Shown: positions 1 through 8,631 of the stretch, piece after piece | Position numbering within the stretch: the first letter of the stretch is position 1 | Layout: every line of letters starts with the position of its first letter | From: Planctomycetota bacterium | Lineage (GTDB): Bacteria; Planctomycetota; B15-G4 | Length of the DNA stretch: 64,000 nt | Reading direction: 5' to 3' | Assembly: GCA_965248575.1 (NCBI GenBank) | Contig: CBDFJQ010000002.1 | Span: 2,560,001 to 2,624,000, forward strand | Notes under the pieces: generated by a model | The model's database searches: none | What the model was told of the DNA's origin: nothing | The model's input: the letters and a program-made list of their open reading frames with translations, nothing else | Translations under genes and position numbers: made by a program

Positions 1-1
1 A

Positions 2-481
2 CTCCTTCAACTGCGCGGCATCCAGCCGCACCTTGCTGCGCCGGATCATCAGGTTTCGCTGCGAGCCCTCGGGACGCACGCGGTCTGACTCGAGCGCCTT
101 GCCGTAGTCCCGGCCAGCCAGGCGAAGCACCGCCGCACCGCCCTCGGCCCAAGCCTTGCGGCTCGTGCGCGACGTCGGATCCAGCTCCACGTCCAGCATG
201 CGGGCCACCACCGAGTAGACGGAGCCCTTCGGCCCAGGTCCCGCACGCTGCGGGCTCTGTCCCACCCGCTCCTCGATCACACCGATCTTCAGCAACTTCC
301 GGACGTGGTAGTAGAGCGAGTCCGCGGGACGCCCCAAGCGCAACGCCAGATCCGCAATGGACGAGGGCCCCGCCAACTGGAGGCTCTCGTAGATTTCGAG
401 CCGCGCAGGTTTGACCAGCTCGGACATCGCCTTGGGGCCGAGCTTCAGTCGCTTTTGGATGCTGCGTTTTGCTTGCTGCAT
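2..481 (-). CDS. ArsR/HTH_20-type winged-helix transcriptional regulator (partial, runs off window start)
   Basis: Not in the ORF track; translated by hand from ATG 481 (alternative ATG 427): MQQAKRS...MSELVKPARLEIYESLQLAGPSSIADLALRLGRPADSLYYHVRKLLKIGVIE, a typical wHTH. Frame stays open to the window edge. Confidence 0.8.
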   Translation of the reverse strand, partial: MQQAKRSIQKRLKLGPKAMSELVKPARLEIYESLQLAGPSSIADLALRLGRPADSLYYHVRKLLKIGVIEERVGQSPQRAGPGPKGSVYSVVARMLDVELDPTSRTSRKAWAEGGAAVLRLAGRDYGKALESDRVRPEGSQRNLMIRRSKVRLDAAQLKE

Positions 482-482
482 T

Positions 483-508
483 TTTGAATCCTAGTATATT
501 TTTTCAAA
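483..508. promoter_or_regulatory. AT-rich promoter/operator candidate: TTTGAA-N14-TTCAAA inverted repeat enclosing a TATACT -10-like hexamer on the minus strand
   Basis: AT-rich island in a GC-rich background, immediately upstream of the regulator ATG at 481. Confidence 0.45.
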
Positions 509-664
509 GTTAGCAGGGGCGCAATCGTGACCCTCCTGCGGCGGGGCACGCAACGTCCGGCTCGAAGCAGCGCCTCAAGAAGACCTGATGTGAGGCGATC
601 TGCGGGGTAGACTCCTCTCGCCTTGCAGAGAAGCGCCTCGGCCGTGTTGAGCCCCCAGAACCCC

Positions 665-1789
665 ATGACCTCACCCAGCCCCTCCGCAGCCGATCTCGCA
701 CCCATCGTTTCGGACCTCGAACTCGAGGGTGAGGCGCTGGACATCGTGGCCTTGGCCTCCGCGGCCCCGGGCCGACTGGCGGATCAAGCCGTAGAACTGG
801 GCGCCGCGTGTGGAGAACGCCCTCTGCTGGCGCTCGTGCCCGGCGAACCCAACGAACGGGAGCTCGCCGCCTTGCGCGACGCCCTCTGGCCCCAGGGCCA
901 CCTCTTGGCCTACTACCGCATCAGCAGCGACGGCCAGGTCACGCGCACGGCACTCAAGGGGCAGCACCCGTTGGGCGAGCGCATCCAAGCTGACGGCCCC
1001 CAGACCGTCCTGTTTGTCCGCGCGCTCAGCCACGCCCTGGGTCAGGCCACCACCCGCGCCAAGTTCGACGCCAACGCCGAGGGCTGGAACGGCGTGCCCG
1101 GCTCACCGACCTACAAGCATTACCGTTGGATGCGCAAGCTGCTCGCCGATGTGGCCTCGCCGCTTGCCGGCCAGCGTGTACTCGACGCTGGCTGCGGCGC
1201 AGGTTGGGTAGGCATCGAAGCCGCGCTGCACGGCGGCCAGGCCTCCGCCTTCGACCCCAGCCCCGCCATGGTGGAGATCGCCAAGCGCAACGCCACGCAG
1301 AACGGGGTCGAGCTCGACGCCCGGGTGGGCTTCGTGGAGGACGTGCCCTTCAAACAACCCTTCCAGACCGTGCTCAACAGCGGCGTGATCAGTTTCGCAC
1401 CGGATGCGAACGTCTTCCTCGACCGACTGGACGCCCTGCTCGAACCGGGCGGCCTGCTGGTCATCGGCGACCTCAACCCGCTGTCCAGGGGTTTCGCCCG
1501 GCGTCGGCGCCGCCCGCTGCTGCCCGCGCGGGAACTCAACGGCCTGCCCCGCGACCGTGTCGAAAGCATGCTGAAGGAGCGCGGCTACACCGTGGAAGGC
1601 CACTGGTACTACCAGATCACCTTCCCCTGGCCCGAGTTCATGGCCCTGTCCGAGAAGAAGCTCGGCGGGCTGGGCTGCGGGCTCGCGCTGCTCAAGAACA
1701 AGATCGGAACGAGCATGGACCACAGCCTGGGCTCGAGGATGGCCCGGCAGTTCGACAGCTGGATCATCCGCGCCCGGAAGCGCGGCTAG
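665..1789 (+). CDS. Class I SAM-dependent methyltransferase with N-terminal extension
   Basis: VLDAGCGAG motif I, FDPSPAMV, LEPGGLLVIGD; ATG 665 preferred over the track start at 623. Confidence 0.85.
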   Translation: MTSPSPSAADLAPIVSDLELEGEALDIVALASAAPGRLADQAVELGAACGERPLLALVPGEPNERELAALRDALWPQGHLLAYYRISSDGQVTRTALKGQHPLGERIQADGPQTVLFVRALSHALGQATTRAKFDANAEGWNGVPGSPTYKHYRWMRKLLADVASPLAGQRVLDAGCGAGWVGIEAALHGGQASAFDPSPAMVEIAKRNATQNGVELDARVGFVEDVPFKQPFQTVLNSGVISFAPDANVFLDRLDALLEPGGLLVIGDLNPLSRGFARRRRRPLLPARELNGLPRDRVESMLKERGYTVEGHWYYQITFPWPEFMALSEKKLGGLGCGLALLKNKIGTSMDHSLGSRMARQFDSWIIRARKRG

Positions 1790-1800
1790 GGCGGAAGACC

Positions 1801-2271
1801 CTACTCCAGCTCTTCCTGCCCGATGAGTTCGAGGTCCTTCTCGGTCAGGGCCCGGGCGGCCGCCTCGAGGTCCTCCACGTGCACCGCGAGCACCGGCGTG
1901 TTGGTGGTGGCGGTGATCAGCGAGTAGACGTAGTGCACGTTGAGCTCCGCGAGCAGCAGGGCCGAGAGCACCTGGCGGATGCCATCGCTGGTCATGCTGC
2001 TCGAGGGCAGGGCAACTCCCAGGATGTCCGACTCGAAGACGCTGTAGCCCTCGGAACGAAGGGTCTCCATCGCCAGGCCGGGCCGGTCCACCAACAGCCG
2101 GAAGACGGCGTGGTCCGCGGCCTCCACGATGCTGATGGAGCGGATGCTCAGGGCGTAGGCATCCAGGCAGCGCGTCACCTTCAGCAAGGCGCCCAGCCGG
2201 TTGGCCACGAAGACCGAGAGCTGCTTGATGACCGGCGGGCCGCCGGAGCTGTCGTCGATGAGGTCATCCAT
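1801..2271 (-). CDS. Tandem ACT-domain protein (amino-acid-binding type)
   Basis: IKQLSVFVANRLGAL...ISIVEAADHAVFRLLVD and ELNVHYVYS; ATG 2271. Confidence 0.8.
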   Translation of the reverse strand: MDDLIDDSSGGPPVIKQLSVFVANRLGALLKVTRCLDAYALSIRSISIVEAADHAVFRLLVDRPGLAMETLRSEGYSVFESDILGVALPSSSMTSDGIRQVLSALLLAELNVHYVYSLITATTNTPVLAVHVEDLEAAARALTEKDLELIGQEELE

Positions 2272-2522
2272 GAGCGGGATCCTAGCGCCGGAGGTCGGCA
2301 GGCGGGTACGGAAAGCTCCCTCCTCGGCAACTGGGCTGGATGGCTTGACCTTGGGTTCCCCGAGGCAGCCGGCCCCGATTGACGCTCGCCGGATGGCCGC
2401 CCTTGTCTTGCCCCCCCCTCCACCCCGGGTGATAGGATCCCCGACCTTTTGCCCCAACCTCCAACGGGGCTGTTTCCCGACAGGCGCCGAGGCGCCCTAT
2501 GCTCCCTCGGAAGGACTCTCCC

Positions 2523-3662
2523 ATGGCAGATCAAAAGACAGTTGTTGTGCTCGGCTCCGGCAAGGTCGGCCGGCTCGTGACGTGGTTCCTGGCCGATTGC
2601 GGCGACTACAAGGTCGTGGCCGTGGACCAGGTGGAAGCCGCCGCGAAGGCCGCCATCAACGGCGCCGACGGTTCCCCCATGGCCGGTGCCTCCTTTGTCG
2701 TGGCCAACATCGGCGACGAGCAAGCCGTGGCTGGTGTGTTCAAGGACCACAGCGCCGACTACGTCCTCAGCTGCGCCCCCTTCCACTGCAACCCGACCAT
2801 CGCCCGGGCCGCCCTCGCCACCGAAACGCACTACCTCGACCTCACCGAAGACGTGGCCGTCACCAAACAGGTGGCCGAGTTGTCCGCGGGCGCCAAGACC
2901 GCCTTCATCCCCCAGTGCGGCCTGGCCCCGGGCTTCATCAGCATCGTGGCGAACGACCTCTCCAAGCGCTTCGACAACCTGGACGCGCTGAAGATGCGCG
3001 TCGGCGCCCTGCCGATTCAGCCCCACAACCGCCTCAACTACAACCTCACCTGGAGCACCGAGGGACTCATCAACGAGTACCGTCACCCCTGCGAGGCCGT
3101 GGTGGGTGGAAAGCTCGTGAGCCTACCGCCGCTCGAGGATTGCGAAGCCATCACCATCGACGGCCTGGCCTACGAGGCCTTCAACACCTCCGGCGGCCTG
3201 GGCAGCCTGGCGGAGACCCTGGCCGGCAAGGTGAACAAGCTGGACTACAAGTCCATCCGCTACCCCGGGCACCGGGACATCCTGAAAATCCTGATGGATG
3301 ACCTGAAGCTGCACGATGACCCGGACACCATGAAGATGATCTTCGAGCGCGCCCTGCCCTACACCCACGAGGACGTGGTGCTGGTGGTGGTGACGGCGAC
3401 GGGCCAGCAGGACGGCCGCTTCTTCCAGGAGAGCTACGTCAACAAGATCTACAACGCCGAGCTGGCTGGTCAGCGCTGGAGCGGCATCCAGATCACCACC
3501 GCCTCGGGCCTGTGCGCCGTGCTGGACCTGCACGCGGCCGGCAAGTTGCCCGCCACGGGTTTCGTGCGCCAAGAAGAGGTGGTCTTCGCCGACTTCCTGG
3601 CGAACCGCTTCGGCAAGCACTACGCCATGGGAGCGTCCACGCCCCCAACCGTGGTGGGCTAA
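2523..3662 (+). CDS. Saccharopine dehydrogenase / lysine 6-dehydrogenase family oxidoreductase
   Basis: VVLGSGKVG Rossmann motif, HYLDLTED, CGLAPG, TWSTEGLINEY, EAFNTSGG, YKSIRYPGH. Confidence 0.9.
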   Translation: MADQKTVVVLGSGKVGRLVTWFLADCGDYKVVAVDQVEAAAKAAINGADGSPMAGASFVVANIGDEQAVAGVFKDHSADYVLSCAPFHCNPTIARAALATETHYLDLTEDVAVTKQVAELSAGAKTAFIPQCGLAPGFISIVANDLSKRFDNLDALKMRVGALPIQPHNRLNYNLTWSTEGLINEYRHPCEAVVGGKLVSLPPLEDCEAITIDGLAYEAFNTSGGLGSLAETLAGKVNKLDYKSIRYPGHRDILKILMDDLKLHDDPDTMKMIFERALPYTHEDVVLVVVTATGQQDGRFFQESYVNKIYNAELAGQRWSGIQITTASGLCAVLDLHAAGKLPATGFVRQEEVVFADFLANRFGKHYAMGASTPPTVVG

Positions 3663-3735
3663 GCGGCCAACCAGCAGCAGCCCCCTCTCCCGGCGCCAAA
3701 AGGCGGCTGTCGGACGCGGACAGACAGTGCCCTGT

Positions 3736-3758
3736 AGAGCCCCGCTTGTCGGGGCTCT
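3736..3758 (+). terminator. GC-rich hairpin downstream of the dehydrogenase gene (possible terminator)
   Basis: AGAGCCCCG-cttgt-CGGGGCTCT perfect 9-bp stem; no strong U tract. Confidence 0.4.
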
Positions 3759-3820
3759 GCTCGTTCACGGCTGTCCTAAAAGAGCCGTTTGAGTGCCGGA
3801 ATCAGCCAGCACCCAACAAA

Positions 3821-3858
3821 TGCAAAGATCTTCATAGGTTGATATCAAGATTTTTGCA
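3821..3858. promoter_or_regulatory. AT-rich imperfect palindrome, candidate transcription-factor operator
   Basis: TGCAAAGATCTTCATA-ggttga-TATCAAGATTTTTGCA, arms match 14/16; about 40 bp upstream of ATG 3901. Confidence 0.5.
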
Positions 3859-3900
3859 CGGGTTCTCGATGGGGTGGTTCCACACCTTGGAAACACCACC

Positions 3901-4077
3901 ATGAGTTCCTCACCCATCAAGCGCATTGCGGCGCTTCCCCTGACCCTGGCCGTGGCCGGCATCGCGCTCATCGCCTTGGCTGCCCTGCCCCCCGCAGACT
4001 CGGAGTTGCCCAGCGCTCAGGCGGCAACGGCTGACAGCCCGGTGACGGCGCAGGCAAACCAGCTCGACGAGGATTAG
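3901..4077 (+). CDS. Small exported or membrane-anchored hypothetical protein (58 aa)
   Basis: Basic N-terminus (KR), then a long hydrophobic helix and a polar tail; AT-rich upstream element. Confidence 0.5.
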   Translation: MSSSPIKRIAALPLTLAVAGIALIALAALPPADSELPSAQAATADSPVTAQANQLDED

Positions 4078-4263
4078 TTTCGGAGCTGGGGGAACGCGGA
4101 TTTGCCCTTTGGGGCAGGTTCCAGGCCGTTCCCGAGCGGAGCGCCCAGCACGTTCACCAGAGCAACTGCTCCTGCATCTGAAATGGCATCCAGCGCCGGT
4201 TGCCCCGAAGCCGAAGAAGTGCAGCCCTCGGCTTCCCCTCAGAAGCACCTCAGGAGCACCACA

Positions 4264-5598
4264 ATGGGAGAGACCCAGCTTCTCTCTGTGAGCGATGACA
4301 AGGCGACCCAGGCGCTGATTCAGCGTTTGTGCCGCAAGCGTGGTTTCCAACTTCTGCACGCGGAAACCTCGGACACCCTGCAGACCCAGGTGGCCACGGG
4401 AACCGTGGATCTGGTGGTGCTGGACCTGGACACCCACGGCATCGACGGCATGCGCATGTTGCACGCCCTCGCCGCCACCAACCTGCAGGTCCCGGTCGTG
4501 CTCGTCAGCCACTGCGACGACCGCACCCTCGACGCCGCCCAAAGCGTCGGCAAGCAGCGCGGCCTGAGCATGGGCAAGCCCCTTGTAAAGCCCCTGGGCG
4601 AGAGCAGCTCCGCCCGCTCCATCCTCGGCGCTCTAGGTATCCAGGACCCCACCATCACCGGGGCCAACATCCGCCAGGCGCTCGATGACAACGAACTGGT
4701 CCTGCACTACCAACCGCTCGTCGACCTCAAGACGGGAACCGTGCGCAGCGTGGAAGCCCTGCTGCGTTGGGAGCACCCCGAGTACGGCCACCTCAACCCC
4801 GAGCTCGTCGTCTCGCTGGCCGAGACGCACGACCTGATCGCGCCCCTGACGGACTGGGTGATGCGCACCGCCCTGACGGAGTGCCTCGAGTGGCGCAAGC
4901 AGGGCTGGGACTTCCGCGTCGCCGTCAACGTCACACCGCCGCTCCTGCTCCAGTCCGATTTCGCCGACCGGGTCGTGAGCCTGCTCGAAGAGCTCAAGGT
5001 CCCCGCCGAGTGCCTGGTGATCGAGATCACGGAAGGCCAGGCCATCGCCGAACAGCTTGAGGTGCTCGAGACCCTGGCGCGCTTGCGTCTGGCACGGGTG
5101 CGCCTGGCCATCGATGACTTCGGCACCGGCTACAGCTCCCTCGGCCGCCTGCACTCCCTGCCGTTCACGGAGTTGAAGATCGACAAGTCCTTCGTGATCG
5201 ACACCGCGGGAGATCCGCGGGCCGAGATGGTCGTGCGCGCCATCGCCGACCTGGGACGGAACCTCGGGCTCACGGTGGTCGCCGAAGGCGTCGCCAATCG
5301 GGAAGCCTGGGACCTCGTGGAATCCATGGGCTGCGACATCGCCCAGGGCTACTTCATCAGCCGCCCCCTGCCAGCCGCAAAGTTGACCAAGTGGCTCTAC
5401 CGGTGGGATGCACCGACGACCGTGACCGCCCGGATCCCCGGCCAGGGTGGCAAGGGTGAGAACATCCGGCCCGCCGGCCGCTCGAAGAGCCGCACTGGGA
5501 AGAAGCGGGGGGCTTCCAAGACCTCCCCGCGCACCAAGAACCGCAAGGACACTGCTCCGAGCGGTGCCGAACGCCCCAGCACGCGCAAGCGTCGCTGA
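4264..5598 (+). CDS. Response regulator receiver plus EAL c-di-GMP phosphodiesterase
   Basis: REC: SDD, DLVVLDL (phospho-Asp), KP. EAL: YQP, EALLRW, VNV, EITE, DDFGTGYSS, LKIDKSF, AEGV, QGY. ATG 4264 preferred. Confidence 0.92.
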   Translation: MGETQLLSVSDDKATQALIQRLCRKRGFQLLHAETSDTLQTQVATGTVDLVVLDLDTHGIDGMRMLHALAATNLQVPVVLVSHCDDRTLDAAQSVGKQRGLSMGKPLVKPLGESSSARSILGALGIQDPTITGANIRQALDDNELVLHYQPLVDLKTGTVRSVEALLRWEHPEYGHLNPELVVSLAETHDLIAPLTDWVMRTALTECLEWRKQGWDFRVAVNVTPPLLLQSDFADRVVSLLEELKVPAECLVIEITEGQAIAEQLEVLETLARLRLARVRLAIDDFGTGYSSLGRLHSLPFTELKIDKSFVIDTAGDPRAEMVVRAIADLGRNLGLTVVAEGVANREAWDLVESMGCDIAQGYFISRPLPAAKLTKWLYRWDAPTTVTARIPGQGGKGENIRPAGRSKSRTGKKRGASKTSPRTKNRKDTAPSGAERPSTRKRR

Positions 5599-5603
5599 GC
5601 GCT

Positions 5604-5633
5604 CTCGGGAGTCCTCGGGCGTCCTCGGGCGTC
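5604..5633. repeat. 10-bp tandem repeat x3 (CTCGGGMGTC)
   Basis: ctcgggagtc ctcgggcgtc ctcgggcgtc just after the EAL gene stop. Confidence 0.7.
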
Positions 5634-5822
5634 CAAAGACGCGTCTGAGGCCTCTGTTCAGGGTTTCGCAGGGGAAGGCGGCCCCCGGCTCCCTCGTCTG
5701 AGCGGGGTGCCCGTCTCAGCTCCACGTCGGCAGCTCCCCGCCGCTTGAGGGGCTTGGGAGCGCTGCTTCAGAATTGCGCTTCAGCGTTCGAGGCTCGGGT
5801 CGCGTACCCCTCCCAGCGAACC

Positions 5823-6413
5823 ATGAACGAGCCCAAACCCGACAACGCCGTCACGCCGGAACTGCTCAGCGCCGTCCTGATGGGCACGCCAGAGGCTCTC
5901 GACACCTGGTATCGCGCCGACCACCCCACGGTCTATCGCCTCTGCTTCGGCCTGCTGGCCGAGCCCGCCGAGGCCGAGGACGCTGCCCAGGACGCCATGC
6001 TTCATCTGCACGACAAACTCCAGCACTTCGACACCAGCCGGGCCTATGGCCCGTGGCGCAACACGGTGGTGCTGAACCTGTGTCGGGACCGACTCCGGCG
6101 TCAGGCCACACGCCGGGCAGCAGAGAGCAGTGAGCCCTTGCCTGCACGCTTGCCGCGCCCCGAAGAGGTCGCACACAGTCGCGAGCTGGCCGAGATGCTG
6201 CGCACCGCGCTCGCCGCCCTTACTCCCCGGGAACGCGAGGCCTTCGTGTTGCGCGACCTCTCCGGTAACAGCACGGCCGAGACTGCCAAGACCTTGGGTG
6301 TCACGGAAGCCACCGTGCGTTCGCTGCTGACCTTGGCGCGGCGCCGCCTGCGCAAGCTGCTCGGCCCGCGCTTGCCGGAGTTCTCCGGTACTCCATCCGG
6401 AGCCGTGTCATGA
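5823..6413 (+). CDS. ECF RNA polymerase sigma factor
   Basis: Region 2 AEDAAQDA...WRNTVVLNLCRD; region 4 LTPREREAFVLRDLSG...TAKTLGVTEATVRSLLTLARRRL. Confidence 0.9.
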   Translation: MNEPKPDNAVTPELLSAVLMGTPEALDTWYRADHPTVYRLCFGLLAEPAEAEDAAQDAMLHLHDKLQHFDTSRAYGPWRNTVVLNLCRDRLRRQATRRAAESSEPLPARLPRPEEVAHSRELAEMLRTALAALTPREREAFVLRDLSGNSTAETAKTLGVTEATVRSLLTLARRRLRKLLGPRLPEFSGTPSGAVS

Positions 6414-7045
6414 ATGCTCCCCATGATCACGACGGTCACGATGATCACGACCCGAACGCCCGCCCGCACACCGACGGCGACAGCGGGCCGGACGAAACCC
6501 TGGCCGCACTCCAGGCAGCCTTCCACGCGCTGACCACACCCGATCCGACGCCGGCCTTGTCCAACAGCGACGCCACGACCCAGGCGGTCGTGAATTGGAT
6601 GTGCGCCGCCATGGATCACGTCGCCTTGCCGCCGCGCCCCGTTCGCAGGCCCTCGACCTCGACGGATGCCGAGTCGGCGGAAGAACCCGCGAGCGTCTAC
6701 CGCTTGCCCCGCTGGCAACGGCCGGAGCTGCGGCGCTCGTTGGCGACGGCAGCCACCTTCGCGGCCTTTGCCCTCGCGCTGTGGTGGGCCCGCGTTGACA
6801 GCTTCACGCAGGACGCCGGCAGCGAGTTCGTCGCCTTGCAGTCCGGCGGAAGCGTGGCAGATCGCCCTCAGCCCGTGCTCGACGCGCCCGGACACAGCAC
6901 AGCTTCCAGCCTGGAAATCCCGGGCTTTCGTGCAGCCGCGGAAGGTTCGTCCGGCCTGGTTGCTTCCACCAACGATCACCTCGAGGTGAGCTCGGGCCCT
7001 GTTCGGCTGGTGCTGCTCACGTCCAGTTCAGGATTCGCGCCATGA
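6410..7045 (+). CDS. Putative single-pass anti-sigma factor
   Basis: ATGA overlap with the ECF gene, one central TM helix (ATAATFAAFALALWW), His/Asp-rich N-terminus. Confidence 0.6.
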   Translation: MNAPHDHDGHDDHDPNARPHTDGDSGPDETLAALQAAFHALTTPDPTPALSNSDATTQAVVNWMCAAMDHVALPPRPVRRPSTSTDAESAEEPASVYRLPRWQRPELRRSLATAATFAAFALALWWARVDSFTQDAGSEFVALQSGGSVADRPQPVLDAPGHSTASSLEIPGFRAAAEGSSGLVASTNDHLEVSSGPVRLVLLTSSSGFAP

Positions 7046-7089
7046 ACGCCTTCCCTTCATCCGATATCTGCCCGACCAAGGAGACTCAC

Positions 7090-8115
7090 ATGAAACTCAT
7101 GACCCTGACCCTGGCGCCCGTCCTGTTGATGACGCTCTGCGCCTCCCTGCACACCCAAGAAGATCCTCAAGCCGCCCGTGATCAGAATCAGGCGCAAGCC
7201 CCGGCCAACCCCAGGGTGTTCGACGCCGAGCAACTGAAGACGTTCTACTTCACACCTCAGCACACCAACATCCGGGACCTCGAGCACCTCGCCCACGAGC
7301 TGTATGCGCGCGAGCTCTACATCAACGATCGTGGAGGCATCTTCTCCCACCCCGTCGAGAACCTGATGCGACTGGGCGAAACGATCGTGATCTACGACAC
7401 GCCTGAGTACGCGAAGATGCTCGGCGCGGCCTTGCACGAGATGGACGTCGCCATGAAAGGGGAAACGTCCGCTCAACCCGAGCAGTCGACACCGACCACG
7501 GTCATCACCAACTGGTCACCGAAACACATCGGCCTCAACGACGCGGTGGCTGCGCTGCAGTCCTTTCGCCGCAACACAATGGTGTATGACGAGTACGGCC
7601 ACCGTTCCGATGTGCAGAACTTCTCCGTGGTCAACGAACTGAACGAACTCGTTCTGCGGGACACGCCCCTGCAGATCGAAGCCATGGTGAACACGCTCAA
7701 CAAGCTCGATGTTCCAGAGCAGCAGCTGTTCATTACGTGCCTGGTCATCAGCGGAAACCGGATGGCACCCGAGGGCAATGAGTCCAAATCGGAGCTCCCC
7801 CAGGAGCTCGTCCAGAACCTCTCGAAGCTGGTGCCTTTTGCGCACTTCGAGCTGCAGAGCATGGGCATCCTGCGCGCGTCGGCCATGGCCGGCAACCTGG
7901 AGATGCTCATGGATGACAACGACTCGCTCAGCCTGCGGGAGCCGAGCTACGACTCGGAGTCGCGCAGCCTCACTGCGGTCTTCAAGTTCTCCTCCAACCG
8001 CAGCAACCAGCGTTTCCAGACAAGGACCACCATTCGTGCCGGTGAGTACACGGTGATCGGTGCCACGGGCAACTCGCCCCTGTTCGCCGTGCTGAAGATC
8101 GAACCCATCGATTAA
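7090..8115 (+). CDS. Secreted protein with secretin-N (NolW-like) repeats
   Basis: GGAG RBS before ATG 7090, signal peptide MKLMTLTLAPVLLMTLC, two repeats resembling secretin N-domains (TIVIYDTPE; NELVLRDTPLQIEAMVNTLNKLDVPEQQ). Confidence 0.6.
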   Translation: MKLMTLTLAPVLLMTLCASLHTQEDPQAARDQNQAQAPANPRVFDAEQLKTFYFTPQHTNIRDLEHLAHELYARELYINDRGGIFSHPVENLMRLGETIVIYDTPEYAKMLGAALHEMDVAMKGETSAQPEQSTPTTVITNWSPKHIGLNDAVAALQSFRRNTMVYDEYGHRSDVQNFSVVNELNELVLRDTPLQIEAMVNTLNKLDVPEQQLFITCLVISGNRMAPEGNESKSELPQELVQNLSKLVPFAHFELQSMGILRASAMAGNLEMLMDDNDSLSLREPSYDSESRSLTAVFKFSSNRSNQRFQTRTTIRAGEYTVIGATGNSPLFAVLKIEPID

Positions 8116-8197
8116 TCCGTACCCGAGGACGGCCCGTGCAGGCCAACCACAGCTTCGTCGCTTGCTGGATCCGACGAGGGCGTGATAGAAAGACCCC

Positions 8198-8536
8198 ATG
8201 CCTGCACGGTCCGTCCTCCACGCGCTCGTCGCGCTGCTGGCCCTCCTGGCCAGCGACCCCTTCCATTCGTGGCTCCACAGCGAGCACGGCGTGGAATTCT
8301 CGGGGGCACAGGAGATTCATGACGGAGCCTGCGGACACCTGCCCGAGCACCCCGGCGGCGACGACTGCCAGCAGTGCTCCAGCAACCACGGCCTCACGGT
8401 CTTGCTGGACCAGAGCAGCGTCTGCCTGGGCACGCTGCAGAGCGTCGCGCAGGGAGCACCCGAACAGTGCGCGAGCACCCACGGCAGCCTGAAGCGCAGC
8501 CTGCTCGGAGCACGAGCCCCTCCCGTCAGCGGTTGA
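8198..8536 (+). CDS. DUF2946-like (CruR/CutF-type) leader protein with CxxC and C-terminal RAPP motif
   Basis: N-terminal hydrophobic segment, 9 His, DCQQC (CxxC at 8366-8377), ends GARAPPVSG*; directly upstream of the metal-uptake operon. Confidence 0.75.
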   Translation: MPARSVLHALVALLALLASDPFHSWLHSEHGVEFSGAQEIHDGACGHLPEHPGGDDCQQCSSNHGLTVLLDQSSVCLGTLQSVAQGAPEQCASTHGSLKRSLLGARAPPVSG

Positions 8537-8631
8537 GAGTCCGCCCGCCTTCGCGCGGGCCATGCCCTTGACCCTCGCGCTGAATCCGCGGGGACGTCCG
8601 CTCTGTTCGTGCTCGATGTAGGTTTCCGCCC

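Noticed and set aside
567..603. CGCCTCA/TGAGGCG hairpin sharing a few bases with the 31.4-kb element
   Set aside because: Only a 7-bp stem and about 11 nt of similarity; not significant in GC-rich DNA.
1126..2382. 418-aa Arg/Gly-rich ORF overlapping the methyltransferase and ACT genes
   Set aside because: Off-frame, low-complexity translation that conflicts with two motif-bearing genes.
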